From Candidatus Latescibacterota bacterium (GTDB lineage: Bacteria > Latescibacterota > UBA2968): a stretch of DNA of 64,000 nt. Made by a program: the position numbers and the translations under genes. Positions 29,901-38,885 of this stretch are shown here, one piece after another. The notes under the pieces were generated by a model that did no database searches, had not been told where the DNA came from, and saw only the letters and a program-made list of their open reading frames with translations. How positions within the stretch are numbered: the first letter of the stretch is position 1; every line of letters begins with the position of its first letter. The DNA is taken from contig OZ241986.1 of the NCBI GenBank assembly GCA_965204375.1, positions 2,752,001 to 2,816,000 on the forward strand, written 5' to 3'.

Positions 29901-30119
29901 GTCCTTATCAATAAAAAAAATCTGATCGTGAACAAGACCGTCCTGTCGGGTAAATGTCTGAAACGCATCCCCGTCAAAACGGCTGACGCCGTTATCCCAG
30001 GTGGCGAACCAGAGATAACCCTCGCTATCCTCGGCAATGTGTTCAATGCGCAACCCGGCCAGGCCGCTATCCAGAGAATAAGTCCGCCAGGTACCTGTGC
30101 GGTCAAGTGGCTTGATCAT
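26922..30119 (-). CDS. Sigma54 enhancer-binding protein with Reg_prop beta-propellers, Y_Y_Y domain, AAA+ and HTH
   Basis: Many (I/L)xED.EG.LWF repeats; YRDLSPGDYTFQVRA; GETGVGKG, SELFGHEKGAFTSA, LFLDEIG, WPGNVRELE; C-terminal HTH. Confidence 0.9.
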   Translation of the reverse strand: MIKPLDRTGTWRTYSLDSGLAGLRIEHIAEDSEGYLWFATWDNGVSRFDGDAFQTFTRQDGLVHDQIFFIDKDSQDRLWFGTLNGVCWYDGAAFHHLEDNGIADRIVTAIYEDNEGRIWCGGTRTLGYYYGTAFHDLIPLYLQHYEQLPSPQRTNQCWGITQDMEGHLWFGFDHLIRFDGTSFHRYEEVENFPQDRGSYVMGRDHTGQVWIGRHEHRDGLWCYADGTFHQVRVDLGGNLRKIQCDREGRMWFCTSDGVLCQDGDKFRRFTLADGLPYPTVKAVFQDREYQLWFATWGGVGLYDEHSISVFDLSARLSRKASEVSQIVQDRQGNIWIGYMSPLLTNMTKSVVRFHDEHFAFLCTEHDLHINNCFAIYEDLEGYLWFCSGNGLFRYDGQKVKKMKIDVDLDERSISTIAQDRRGQFLFGYWEKGSISDREELLSSTLKIIYQQGEQFQTIFLENEGGDSLSRIGTVIVGRNSEIFFHLIYQDFAVSDKGFAHWHPEDGLRFYTVADGLLDNRVADLLLDRHGNLWIATQRGLSCFDGVVFRNFTTEEGLPSNRIRCLFEDSQGHLWLGTDGGVVHYDGQLFQTIKSSHIGPVLQILEDRDGTFWFGTAQNSLVRYRLRQIPPIVRLIQVIANKVYENMGEVIVSTTDQQVIFEYKGMSFSTHPSDMLYVYRLKGHDPDWQPATREMRVYYRDLSPGDYTFQVRAVDRDLNYSEMSQVQLSVEPDPRIRALTAALNSQEGNEFIGHSAALREFQIKLIEVASAGLTVLILGETGVGKGLAARALHGLSAYCDGLFIQVNCGALPESLIDSELFGHEKGAFTSAVSRRLGKVELAKGGTLFLDEIGDMALETQARLLRLLEEGTFERVGGSEILTAQTRIVAATNRNLKEMVNTGDFREDLYYRLNAFPLYLPPLRERKEDIPDLAEFFKNRMVAHLGKHIDRLSPEVIEVLQNYHWPGNVRELEHTMQRAVIACHGSQIEVNDLGLYGSRIEGTIPDHELDQDREIRPWDEFERLYILKVLKAVNWRVKGAKGAAALLELPPSTLYSRMKKLGIKRPR

Positions 30120-30183
30120 AGAAACGAACCTTATATTAAGAGAAAGCTGGATAGGCGTAACTGTCCCACATTCATATCCATCG

Positions 30184-31470
30184 TCATATCTCCTTTGCCA
30201 CATCGGCAACCGCTTCAATTGTCGTATCAATCACGTCATCTGTATGCGCTGTCGATAAAAACCACGCGCCTCGCTCCAGCGCGCGCACGCCTTTGTAATG
30301 AAGTGCCTCTGTAAATTTGATATACCGCTCGCGATCGGCTTGAAGTGAACTCCGATAATCGACAACCGGGGCATCAACGCCAAAGCCCACGTGAAAAATC
30401 TGTGGAAAACCCGCAATCCGTGCTTGAATATCGGCCTCTTTTAGCGCGCGCGCAATACCTTCCATAAGCCGATTGCCCCGCGCATTGAGCACGTCAAACG
30501 TCTCTTCTTTATCCAACTCGGTCAGCGTAGCGACTACCGCAGCCATGGAAGCGGGTTGCGCATTATAAGTACCTCCGTGCATCACACCTGCGACGAGCAT
30601 ATCCATCAAATCGCCTCGCCCGGCCAAACACGAAACCGGAAACCCATTGGCTATCGCCTTGCCAAATGTCGCCAGATCGGGCGTTACGCCAAAGTATTGC
30701 TGTGCGCCGCCAGGCGCCACGCGAAACCCCGTAATCACCTCGTCAAAAATGAGTACCGTTCCCGTATCGGAACACACCTCTCGAACCCCTTCCAAATAGC
30801 CTTCGGCGGGAAAAATCGCGCTGGTATTGCACATTACAGGCTCCATAATAACAGCCGCGACATCCCCGCGTTTCAGACGCGAACTCAGAAGCGCCAGATT
30901 ATTCCAGGGAAGCACTTCAGTATGCCGACCGACCAAAAGGTCTTGCCCTGCACTGGCGGGAATGGGGACAGGCGCATCAACCGGACCATACTGATCGGGC
31001 GAGGGCGCGACAGACCACAGCACATTGTCAAACCAGCCGTGATAATGTCCCTCAAATTTGATCACACAAAACCGCTCCGTAGCCGCGCGAGCCAAGCGCA
31101 AAGCCGCCTGCACCACTTCGCTACCCGTGCAGTTAAACCGCACCCGATCCGCACATGGTACCATATCGCAAACCTTCCTGGCTGCCTCTTGCTCTACTGC
31201 TGTTTGTCCGGCAAAAAGAATGCCCGACTCGAGCTGTTCCCGCACAGCAGACAGCACGGGTTCTGGGTTGTGCCCGAGAATCATCGGCCCCATGCCCAGA
31301 TAATAATCGATCAAACGATTGCCATCCACATCGTAGAGATACGGCCCTTCGCCGCGTTCAAAAACCAGAGGCGAGGGAACCATACCCAGCCGAAAATTGC
31401 TGTTCACACCACCCGGCAAATAGCGCGAGGCTTCGGCGATCAAACGCTCGGATTTTTCAAACCTTTTCAT
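30184..31470 (-). CDS. Class III PLP aminotransferase, glutamate-1-semialdehyde aminomutase-like
   Basis: PGGVNS, FEGHYHG, LIFDEVITGFR, TFGKAIANG, HGGTYN. Confidence 0.85.
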   Translation of the reverse strand: MKRFEKSERLIAEASRYLPGGVNSNFRLGMVPSPLVFERGEGPYLYDVDGNRLIDYYLGMGPMILGHNPEPVLSAVREQLESGILFAGQTAVEQEAARKVCDMVPCADRVRFNCTGSEVVQAALRLARAATERFCVIKFEGHYHGWFDNVLWSVAPSPDQYGPVDAPVPIPASAGQDLLVGRHTEVLPWNNLALLSSRLKRGDVAAVIMEPVMCNTSAIFPAEGYLEGVREVCSDTGTVLIFDEVITGFRVAPGGAQQYFGVTPDLATFGKAIANGFPVSCLAGRGDLMDMLVAGVMHGGTYNAQPASMAAVVATLTELDKEETFDVLNARGNRLMEGIARALKEADIQARIAGFPQIFHVGFGVDAPVVDYRSSLQADRERYIKFTEALHYKGVRALERGAWFLSTAHTDDVIDTTIEAVADVAKEI

Positions 31471-31492
31471 GTAATCCCCGAACCTTTATAGC

Positions 31493-31622
31493 GATCCGCT
31501 TACCCTATTCATCCTTCAATCCTGAAAATCCCGATCCGCTTTCATCCTATTCATCCTTCAATCCTGTAAATCCTGATCCGCTTTCATCCTGTTCATCCTT
31601 CAATCCTGTAAATCCTGATCCG
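31493..31622. repeat. About three copies of a 40-42 bp tandem repeat overlapping the GT2 stop
   Basis: Unit GATCCGCTTTCATCCT(A/G)TTCATCCTTCAATCCTGTAAATCCT at 31493, 31533 and 31575. Confidence 0.9.
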
Positions 31623-32557
31623 AGTTCCATAAATCGCACACGCGAGGAAACATCTTCGAGAAGGGCGCGGTTGGTGGCGATGAGATCGGCGACAATACCG
31701 GTGAGAAACATCTGAAATCCAGCGAGCAAAAGGATAGCGGCGAGGATAAGCGATTGAATGTGGAGTTCGCCTTCGTCGGTAAAAAAGAAAAAATAGAGAA
31801 ATCGGAGACCAATTAACGTGCCAAAAGCGAAAACAACAGCACCAAAAATAGAGAATATGCGAAGTGCTTTGTAGCGTGCGTAAGTCCTCAAACTGATCAT
31901 GCCCGACTTAAAAACAAATACACCCGGATTTTTGAAAAGGCGCGATTCGCGCGTTTTGGGATTCGTGCGAATGGGCACAGTTTCAACAGCGAGACGGTCT
32001 TGTCCCGCTTGCACAACATGCTCAGCTGTATGATCAAAATCCGTAAACATCGACAAATGCAGGACCGCGTCTCTTGAAAAGGCGCGAAAACCACTGGCGA
32101 CATCGGGCACCTCAATATGGGCGAGGCGACTGATGACGCGACTGCCCAAACCCTGTAGCCATCGCTTAAAAAAAGAAAAGTGGCCGATATCACCTGTCTG
32201 TCGATCTCCAATAACGATATGGGCGCGCTTTTTGAGAATGGGCTGAACGAGCGCGACAATATCGGGACCGTAGTACTGGTTATCGCCATCGGTATTGACA
32301 ATAATATCGGCACCGAGTTTGAGGCCAGTGTCAAAACCCGCTTTGAATGCGTGACCCAAACCGCGATTTTTAGGAAATCTGATAATATGATCCACGCCGA
32401 GGCCGCGCGCGACCTCAGACGTGCGATCCGTAGAACCATCGTCAATGACCAGAATCTCGACTTTGTCAATACCGGGAACTTTGCGCGGAATATCGTTAAC
32501 CGTAGCGGGCAGGGTTTCTTCTTCGTTGAAGCAGGGGATTTGGACAATCAGTTTCAT
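31547..32557 (-). CDS. GT2 glycosyltransferase (DPM/DPG-synthase-like) with C-terminal TMs
   Basis: IPCFNEE, IDDGSTD, NTDGDNQY, SGFRAF. Confidence 0.9.
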   Translation of the reverse strand: MKLIVQIPCFNEEETLPATVNDIPRKVPGIDKVEILVIDDGSTDRTSEVARGLGVDHIIRFPKNRGLGHAFKAGFDTGLKLGADIIVNTDGDNQYYGPDIVALVQPILKKRAHIVIGDRQTGDIGHFSFFKRWLQGLGSRVISRLAHIEVPDVASGFRAFSRDAVLHLSMFTDFDHTAEHVVQAGQDRLAVETVPIRTNPKTRESRLFKNPGVFVFKSGMISLRTYARYKALRIFSIFGAVVFAFGTLIGLRFLYFFFFTDEGELHIQSLILAAILLLAGFQMFLTGIVADLIATNRALLEDVSSRVRFMELGSGFTGLKDEQDESGSGFTGLKDE

Positions 32558-32559
32558 TT

Positions 32560-34230
32560 TTAGTCGCCAAAAATAGCAGCCGATGCGGCTTCGGCCTTTT
32601 CCATTTTTTCTTCATCGGATAAATCGCCCATCGCTTTGTAAAAAATTTCATCGTAATCGCGCGTTTTAATTACCACGGGCATAGGGACAGCATGTCCAAA
32701 TACAAGGGCTTGCTGTTTGGAATCGAGACTCGCCAGAACACTTCGCAAACCACTGGCATTAGATACCCCTGTGAGCACCCCCTGGATGTCTTTTTCGTCA
32801 TTGAGCAAAGCCGTTATTTTTGTGCCGAGTTGTGAAAGCACTTCTTCGTCAATACCCGAGGGACGTTGGTCAACCACGAGAAGCGAAACATAATATTTAC
32901 GCATTTCCCTGGCAATCGTACCAAAAATGGTTTGTCTTGCAGTCGCGGGATTGAGAAACTTGTGGGCCTCCTCAATGGTGATAACCAGGTGCCGCGGCTG
33001 ATCTTCGGGTTTTTGCGAGGCGTAAAACTTTTCGCTTTTTGTGACGTATTGTTCGTGAATGCGGCGAGAGAGAATATTCGCCACGAGCAAATACGCGAGC
33101 ATACCGGTCTGCCGACCAAACTCGAGCACAATGTGAATGCCACGGTCGATGTAGTCCATCATCGTATCGACGGCATCGGCTCCGTTGAGGCTATTGACCA
33201 TAAAGGGAAAGTTTTCAAGGCGTTTGAGTTTGCGATGCAACGCGGAAAGCGAACTTTTATTAGCGCCGATATCCTCGGCAAATTGCTCGACATCGGGCCC
33301 ATCAATAGAAAGCAATTGGCGCAGCCAGCGATCTTTGTACATCGCGTAAACGAGATAGGCAGATTCAGAAGCCGTGGGATTGAGTTGCAGTTCGTCTTGC
33401 AACGCGATAACATCTTCGACCGCGACCTGATCGTAGGTAATGTACACCTCATGGTCGGGTTGAATACCGCGCTGCCGAGACGATTCGGGATCGAGAGAAA
33501 AAAGGGCGACCTGATTCCCAAAAAGCTGCTTAAGGCCCTTGACAAAGCTATTGCCCTGCCCGCCTTCTTTCATAGCGCGAAAACCGTATTCGTTGTGCAT
33601 ATCAAAAATGAGATTGACGGCTTTCTTGTTTTTGACCAGACCGCACAATACCAGACGCGTGAGGAAGGACTTACCCGTACCCGTTTTGCCAAAAATGCCA
33701 TTGCTGCGCTCGACAAAGCGATTGAGATTGATGCACACCGGCGTATCCATATCCAATGGCGTACCCATGTTGAAAAACCGGTCATCTTTCTCCTCGCTAC
33801 CAAAAACGCGCGATACATCTTCTTCTTCAGCTTCAACAACCTTGGAAAAATGACTGGGAATAGTTTTCACCGGACGCGGTTCATCGACGATCTCTTCGCC
33901 CTGTTCCAGCATGAGCATGGGGCGCAGTGCAACGGTGACATAGGTGCTGGAACCATTGAGAACGCTGTGCAACAACTGATCGCCCTCGCGTGGCGGATAA
34001 AGCAAAATTTCGGGATTGGTCGCATCCAAACTCAAGTCGGTGATCATGGAGAAGAACTGATTTTTGTAGCCCTCAATAACCACAAATTTGCCAGCTTTGA
34101 CATCCTCCACGCTTCGGTCGGGGTTGAGCTTCATCTCAACGCCCTCGGTTAAAGACCCCTGCGTGACAATGCCGATTTCACCATCCTGAATATTGGGCGA
34201 ACCGTTTAGATTATTCCAGAGATCATTCAT
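32560..34230 (-). CDS. herA: HerA/DUF87 ATPase (helicase)
   Basis: N-terminal HAS barrel; GKTGTGKS, IFDMHNEY, IEEAHKF, REMRK, DQRPS. Confidence 0.85.
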   Translation of the reverse strand: MNDLWNNLNGSPNIQDGEIGIVTQGSLTEGVEMKLNPDRSVEDVKAGKFVVIEGYKNQFFSMITDLSLDATNPEILLYPPREGDQLLHSVLNGSSTYVTVALRPMLMLEQGEEIVDEPRPVKTIPSHFSKVVEAEEEDVSRVFGSEEKDDRFFNMGTPLDMDTPVCINLNRFVERSNGIFGKTGTGKSFLTRLVLCGLVKNKKAVNLIFDMHNEYGFRAMKEGGQGNSFVKGLKQLFGNQVALFSLDPESSRQRGIQPDHEVYITYDQVAVEDVIALQDELQLNPTASESAYLVYAMYKDRWLRQLLSIDGPDVEQFAEDIGANKSSLSALHRKLKRLENFPFMVNSLNGADAVDTMMDYIDRGIHIVLEFGRQTGMLAYLLVANILSRRIHEQYVTKSEKFYASQKPEDQPRHLVITIEEAHKFLNPATARQTIFGTIAREMRKYYVSLLVVDQRPSGIDEEVLSQLGTKITALLNDEKDIQGVLTGVSNASGLRSVLASLDSKQQALVFGHAVPMPVVIKTRDYDEIFYKAMGDLSDEEKMEKAEAASAAIFGD

Positions 34231-34259
34231 AAAAGATAGCTTTCAGCCTTTCTTCACAT

Positions 34260-34856
34260 TTATTGCGAAATCCGCCGCATAATAGAACTCAGACGGTCGT
34301 AGTCGTCTCGGATAAGGCGACACAGGTCTTTGCCAATACCCACCAGATAGGGCATCTCTAAAGCGCGGGCTTCCCACGCATTTCGCACCGAAGCGATGAT
34401 AAGATCGTCGGCAGGCAGGCGGTTACCACATAAAATGCTGCGGAGAAAATCTCCGCTATTGGTCAGGGCTTTGATTTCAGATTCGGTACAGGGAAAAACA
34501 AAGCTGTGAATCCCGGGCGGTTGCGGGGGCAAGACCTGCTGCGGACCACGGTCGTCACCATAGCCAATAATAACAGCTTCAAATTCAGTCTTGAGAAGTT
34601 CAAAAATTTGTGGCTGCTCTTCGCGCAATTCTTGCTCGGTAAGCCCATAAGCCGTGGCGCGTCGGTTGGGTTCAATAGAATGCGTACACACATTGAAAAC
34701 CAAGCCATATACAGGCAATGCACCAAGCGTCTTGACAAAGGACCCGAATGGCGGTGCGCCATTTAGCTCCCGGCTTTCAGAAGTAAATTGCGAAGTAGAG
34801 CTCTCGACAATTTCACCAATATATTCAGTGCTGATATCGATAGAAGAAAGAGCCAT
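34260..34856 (-). CDS. Stand-alone HAS-barrel protein
   Basis: IGEIVESST, PPFGSFVK, PQIFELL.TEF, LPPQPP.IH; lies between nurA and herA. Confidence 0.75.
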   Translation of the reverse strand: MALSSIDISTEYIGEIVESSTSQFTSESRELNGAPPFGSFVKTLGALPVYGLVFNVCTHSIEPNRRATAYGLTEQELREEQPQIFELLKTEFEAVIIGYGDDRGPQQVLPPQPPGIHSFVFPCTESEIKALTNSGDFLRSILCGNRLPADDLIIASVRNAWEARALEMPYLVGIGKDLCRLIRDDYDRLSSIMRRISQ

Positions 34857-34867
34857 AAAAAACCTCT

Positions 34868-36088
34868 CTATACTGCTGCAGCCATTTTTTTAAGCTGTTT
34901 GAGCGACTGTTCGGTTTTGATATTATTTTTGACAAAAGCGTCTTTTAAGAACTTAAAAAATATATCGCGGTCGGCTCCGCGCACAATGGCGCGTTCGTGG
35001 GATTCGGATAAGACGACGGGATATCCGCGTCCCTTATCGACCTGATCGACAACCGTGGCGTGTACGAGATCGAGCAACTCGCGATCTTTGGCGACCCATT
35101 CGGGAATTTCGACGCGCCCAATTTCCCACCCCGTGTGTACGTAAAAAAAGCAGATGCGGTGGGGACCGTAGTCCTCGAGAATTTTAGACGCGCTGCGATA
35201 AACGCCACTGCGCTCGCCGCGCTTGAGTTTGCGGGCATACAGCATATCGTCGGTAACGCCGGCAATAGGCTCACAGGGAATGGGTGCAGGCGGTTCGGAA
35301 TCGCCATCAAGATCGAGAAAATGCTGCGCCTCGGCTGCTTTCCACGGACACTTGTCGCAGTTGGGAGGCTGTTCGGGACAGAGGCCCACGCGCAAGGCAT
35401 TGAGCACATCGGCGCTACCGGGATCTGAAATATACCCGGCAATGGGAACGCGAAGTTCGCGCAGACGCTCCAAACCGGTAAGTGTGGTCTGGAGAGTTTC
35501 GCGGCGGAAATCATAGGGTTTGCCTTCGAGCATCCACAAAATCAGGGTTCCATCGGTCAGCCCAACACAGGTTCGGCCCTCTGCATGCGCCAGAGCAGAG
35601 AGGGTGACGACCTTTTCGAGTTCCATAGCATTTCGGCGCACGCCAACGACCTCGCGGGTGATTGGACTGCGCTTGCCCGCCCATTCCTGATAGAGGTCGT
35701 CTTCATCGTAAAAAAGCGTTGGTTCGCTGTTTAACACAGGGCGTTCTCCCGTGCCGTAATGAATGACGACATAGCCAATATTGATCAAAAAACAATTGGC
35801 GACTTCGTGCCGGTCGGGGAATATCTGAGATCCATCGGCGGCAATAACGGTGAGTTCTTTGGGGCGGTCGGGTCTTGGACACGCCTCGGCAATCGGCCCG
35901 CCGAGTTGGGCAACCAGCCAGGAGGTGCGGCTGCGCGCAATTTTAATACCCAGGGTTTTCCAGGCATCTTCCCAGCGGTCCATCTCGGAACACGCCAGAT
36001 CAATGCGAGCAAAAAAGTCGTCTTGCAAAGTACTGGCATCAACCGCCATCTGATCAACCTGGCGTTTGAGCAAACCGTAATCGAGCAT
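34868..36088 (-). CDS. nurA: NurA nuclease
   Basis: AADGSQ, DGTL, RVEIPEW, GYP..L.ESHERA. Confidence 0.85.
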   Translation of the reverse strand: MLDYGLLKRQVDQMAVDASTLQDDFFARIDLACSEMDRWEDAWKTLGIKIARSRTSWLVAQLGGPIAEACPRPDRPKELTVIAADGSQIFPDRHEVANCFLINIGYVVIHYGTGERPVLNSEPTLFYDEDDLYQEWAGKRSPITREVVGVRRNAMELEKVVTLSALAHAEGRTCVGLTDGTLILWMLEGKPYDFRRETLQTTLTGLERLRELRVPIAGYISDPGSADVLNALRVGLCPEQPPNCDKCPWKAAEAQHFLDLDGDSEPPAPIPCEPIAGVTDDMLYARKLKRGERSGVYRSASKILEDYGPHRICFFYVHTGWEIGRVEIPEWVAKDRELLDLVHATVVDQVDKGRGYPVVLSESHERAIVRGADRDIFFKFLKDAFVKNNIKTEQSLKQLKKMAAAV

Positions 36089-36103
36089 AAGAAGCTCCAG
36101 GAA

Positions 36104-36224
36104 ACGAATCTACGAATCTACGGAACGGGGTACAACTGCGCCAGCAGTTCATCTACGAATCGAAGCTCGTAACGACTTTGGGTGGTTGGGCGGGGTTCGT
36201 CTATTCGTCTATTCGTCTATTCGT
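36104..36224. repeat. 8-mer short tandem repeats
   Basis: ACGAATCT units at 36104-36122 and near 36155; TTCGTCTA three times at 36196-36224. Confidence 0.7.
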
Positions 36225-36788
36225 TTACACGATTGATTCATAAAAGAATTGCCGACCACCTCCGGGCACACTACCATCGCGCACGCGGCATACGAGACCC
36301 ATTTTTTGAAGGGCATTGAGCCGATTGCAGGCTATATTGATATTTTTTTTCAACGCGTGGGCAAACTCGGAAGACGTACCTTTTTTTCGAGACAGGACAA
36401 TATCAAGGGCTTCTCGAATGGGCGTTTTGAGCACACCGAGCACGTGAATATCGCCTTCGTCATCTTTGAAAAGCGCGGCCAGATCGCGCAATTTGAGCAC
36501 GGCCTCGAAGGTCTCGCGCACGGAATCATTGGCGTTTTGGATAAAGGTAAAGCGATTGCCAAGCTCCCCGCTGCCAATACGCATAAGGAGTTTGCAGAGC
36601 AACTCGTCGGCGCATGAGATATCAATAAACGAGACATTGGCAAAGTCGAGGGGCGTAACCGCATCGTCATCGGCCATTTGCATAAATACCATAAGCTGAT
36701 TGAGCAGGACTTCGCCTCGATCGCGCCCACTCAGAATACCCGTAGGCGTCTCAAAAACGAAAGGGAGGGTTTGTTCAGGCATCTTCAT
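36225..36788 (-). CDS. STAS-like (DUF4325-type) domain fused to a winged helix
   Basis: LSGRDRG, LDFANVSFIDISCADELL; C-terminal SSEFAHALKKNINIACNRLNALQKMGLV..GGRQFFY. Confidence 0.65.
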   Translation of the reverse strand: MKMPEQTLPFVFETPTGILSGRDRGEVLLNQLMVFMQMADDDAVTPLDFANVSFIDISCADELLCKLLMRIGSGELGNRFTFIQNANDSVRETFEAVLKLRDLAALFKDDEGDIHVLGVLKTPIREALDIVLSRKKGTSSEFAHALKKNINIACNRLNALQKMGLVCRVRDGSVPGGGRQFFYESIV

Positions 36789-36969
36789 CGTCCCTTAAAA
36801 TTCGGTTGAAATTCGATTTGTGGGGATTGGGGGAACGATGGGGAAGAAGGCTTAATTGAATTCAGTTAAGTTGTTGGGAAATTAGGTGTTCTGAAATGAT
36901 ATGTCAAGTATTTTCTTTTATCTGGTGCAGCACTTGCAAATACAGTGCGTGTGAGATATATTGAAAAAG

Positions 36970-37019
36970 GGGTTGGGGACTGGGGGCTTGGGACTGGGGG
37001 CTGACAACTGACAACTGGA
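36970..37019. repeat. Heptamer short tandem repeats
   Basis: GGGACTG/GGGGCTT/GGGACTG/GGGGCTG then ACAACTG twice. Confidence 0.6.
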
Positions 37020-37027
37020 TACTGAAC

Positions 37028-37651
37028 ATGAACCCTCCAGCATCCAAAGATCAAATGCCCGTTTGGCGCGGCGATGGTGCGATCTTGCAAGTCAATGAAA
37101 TTTTCTATTCCATAGAAGGCGAGGGCCTGCGCGTGGGACAACCCACAACATTTGTCAGACTTGCGCGTTGTAATTTGCGCTGCTTTTTTTGCGATACGGA
37201 ATTTGATTCTTTTGAGGAAATGACCATTACTCAAATTGTCGATGAGGTCAGGCGTCATCCGGCAAAGTGGGTGTGTTTGACCGGAGGAGAACCACTGGGA
37301 CAAAATATCACGCCGCTGTGCAGGAAACTCGTCAGCGCGGGTTTTCGGTTGCACATCGAGACAAATGGAACGATTGATCCAGACCCAGTTTTGTGCGATC
37401 TAATTGAGCACTGGACCGTATCGCCCAAACGGCAAAAAATTGCCGACGGTCTGACGCATATCACCGAGCTCAAATACGTGGTGGGCAAAGCATTTTGCGA
37501 AACTATAGTCGATGAAAACCGAGCAAAATATATTTATTTACAACCCGAATCGAGCAAACCCCAATACATTCACAAAGCATTGGAAATTTTGTCGCGACAT
37601 CCCAACTGGCGCTTATCGTGTCGCATTCACAAAATGTTGCAATTACCATAG
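37028..37651 (+). CDS. queE: 7-carboxy-7-deazaguanine synthase (radical SAM)
   Basis: EIFYSIEGEG, FVRLARCNLRCFFCDT, LTGGEP, IETNG, TVSPK, YLQP. Confidence 0.85.
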   Translation: MNPPASKDQMPVWRGDGAILQVNEIFYSIEGEGLRVGQPTTFVRLARCNLRCFFCDTEFDSFEEMTITQIVDEVRRHPAKWVCLTGGEPLGQNITPLCRKLVSAGFRLHIETNGTIDPDPVLCDLIEHWTVSPKRQKIADGLTHITELKYVVGKAFCETIVDENRAKYIYLQPESSKPQYIHKALEILSRHPNWRLSCRIHKMLQLP

Positions 37652-37662
37652 GAGACAGATAC

Positions 37663-38664
37663 ATGATTAAACTGGGTATGATCGGATGTGGCGGCATGGG
37701 GGGTGCCCACATGCGGCGGTTTCACACACTGAGCGATCGCGTCACATTAGCCGCTGCTGTCGATGTTGTTCCAGAACGTGCAGAAGCAGTCGCGCAGCAA
37801 TTTCCGGGAGCCTGTGTGGCAACAGATTATCGCGAGATTTTAGACTCGGTAGATGCCGTATTGCTCGCACTACCCCACCATTTGCACTTTTCCGTGGGAC
37901 ATGCGTGCCTCAATGCTGGCGTTCATGTCTTGCTCGAAAAACCCATGGCAAATTACGAAGTCGCCTGCAAAGAACTGATTGAGGCATCTGAAACCTCGGG
38001 CAAAGTGCTGATGATTGCGTATTGCATGCGCTTTCATCCAATTGTACAGCGTTTGAAAACGCTGCTGGATGAAGGCGCGTACGGCGATGTATTTCAAGTA
38101 TCGATCTGGACCGAACAACTCACCCGGTATCCCCCCGATCACTGGGCTTCGAGCAAAGAGCGATTGGGCGGCGGGCAGTTGTTTAGCCACGGCTGTCATT
38201 ATATCGATTTATTGCTCTGGTTTTTGGGACGACCCGTGCAGGGCATGCACATGGGCACAAATTTTGGTACGCCGTGGATGGAGCGAGAAGGCACGAGCAA
38301 TGTGACGATGGAATTTGAAAATGGTCGGCTGGGCTATCACTTTGGCACCTGGGGCGCGCGAGGCACCCGGTTGCGGTACTCAATCCACGCGCATTGCACA
38401 GAAGGTTTGCTCGATGCCAATCTTTCAGGTGGCAAGCTCGTACACATCGTACGCGGTCAAGAAAAAATTTTATTTGAAGCAGAGCCGGGCAAACACACGG
38501 AAAACGAGATGGCCCATTTTCTCGATTGTATTGAAACCGGGCAAACACCGCTGACAGATGGCAAAAGCAGCTTGCAGGGATTGCGCGTAATCTGGCGACT
38601 ATATGAAGCCGAACAAGCAGGGCATATTGCAGATTTGACGGGATTGGGTTTGGACGATGCCTAA
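37663..38664 (+). CDS. Gfo/Idh/MocA oxidoreductase
   Basis: IGCGGMG, HVLLEKP, GGGQLFSHGCHYID. Confidence 0.9.
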   Translation: MIKLGMIGCGGMGGAHMRRFHTLSDRVTLAAAVDVVPERAEAVAQQFPGACVATDYREILDSVDAVLLALPHHLHFSVGHACLNAGVHVLLEKPMANYEVACKELIEASETSGKVLMIAYCMRFHPIVQRLKTLLDEGAYGDVFQVSIWTEQLTRYPPDHWASSKERLGGGQLFSHGCHYIDLLLWFLGRPVQGMHMGTNFGTPWMEREGTSNVTMEFENGRLGYHFGTWGARGTRLRYSIHAHCTEGLLDANLSGGKLVHIVRGQEKILFEAEPGKHTENEMAHFLDCIETGQTPLTDGKSSLQGLRVIWRLYEAEQAGHIADLTGLGLDDA

Positions 38665-38727
38665 TAAGTTTCGAAAATTCAACGAATTGAGGTTGTGATT
38701 CTATCTCTGCAATTGGGGAATTTCCGC

Positions 38728-38756
38728 TTGACACTCCGATACTCTTATTATAGATT
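38728..38756 (+). promoter_or_regulatory. Sigma70 promoter of thrS
   Basis: TTGACA-17 nt-TAGATT. Confidence 0.65.
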
Positions 38757-38885
38757 TATTAGACTTTGACAGGTTTCTATCTTTTAATCTCATTGCTGAG
38801 GGATGTTTGCGGGCGAAACTGCTCACCGAACGGTTCCACGATTTCACATTTCGCGTGCCGGCAATTTCCGAGCGCGATTTTTTTT

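Noticed and set aside
30184-31470. Assigning the symbol hemL
   Set aside because: Family motifs only; no heme-pathway context and paralogues are common
31493-31622. Possible CRISPR array
   Set aside because: Contiguous tandem units without unique spacers
38800-38885. T-box riboswitch upstream of thrS
   Set aside because: Only a partial CGGTTCCACG resemblance; no GGTGGNACC bulge, and the leader is short
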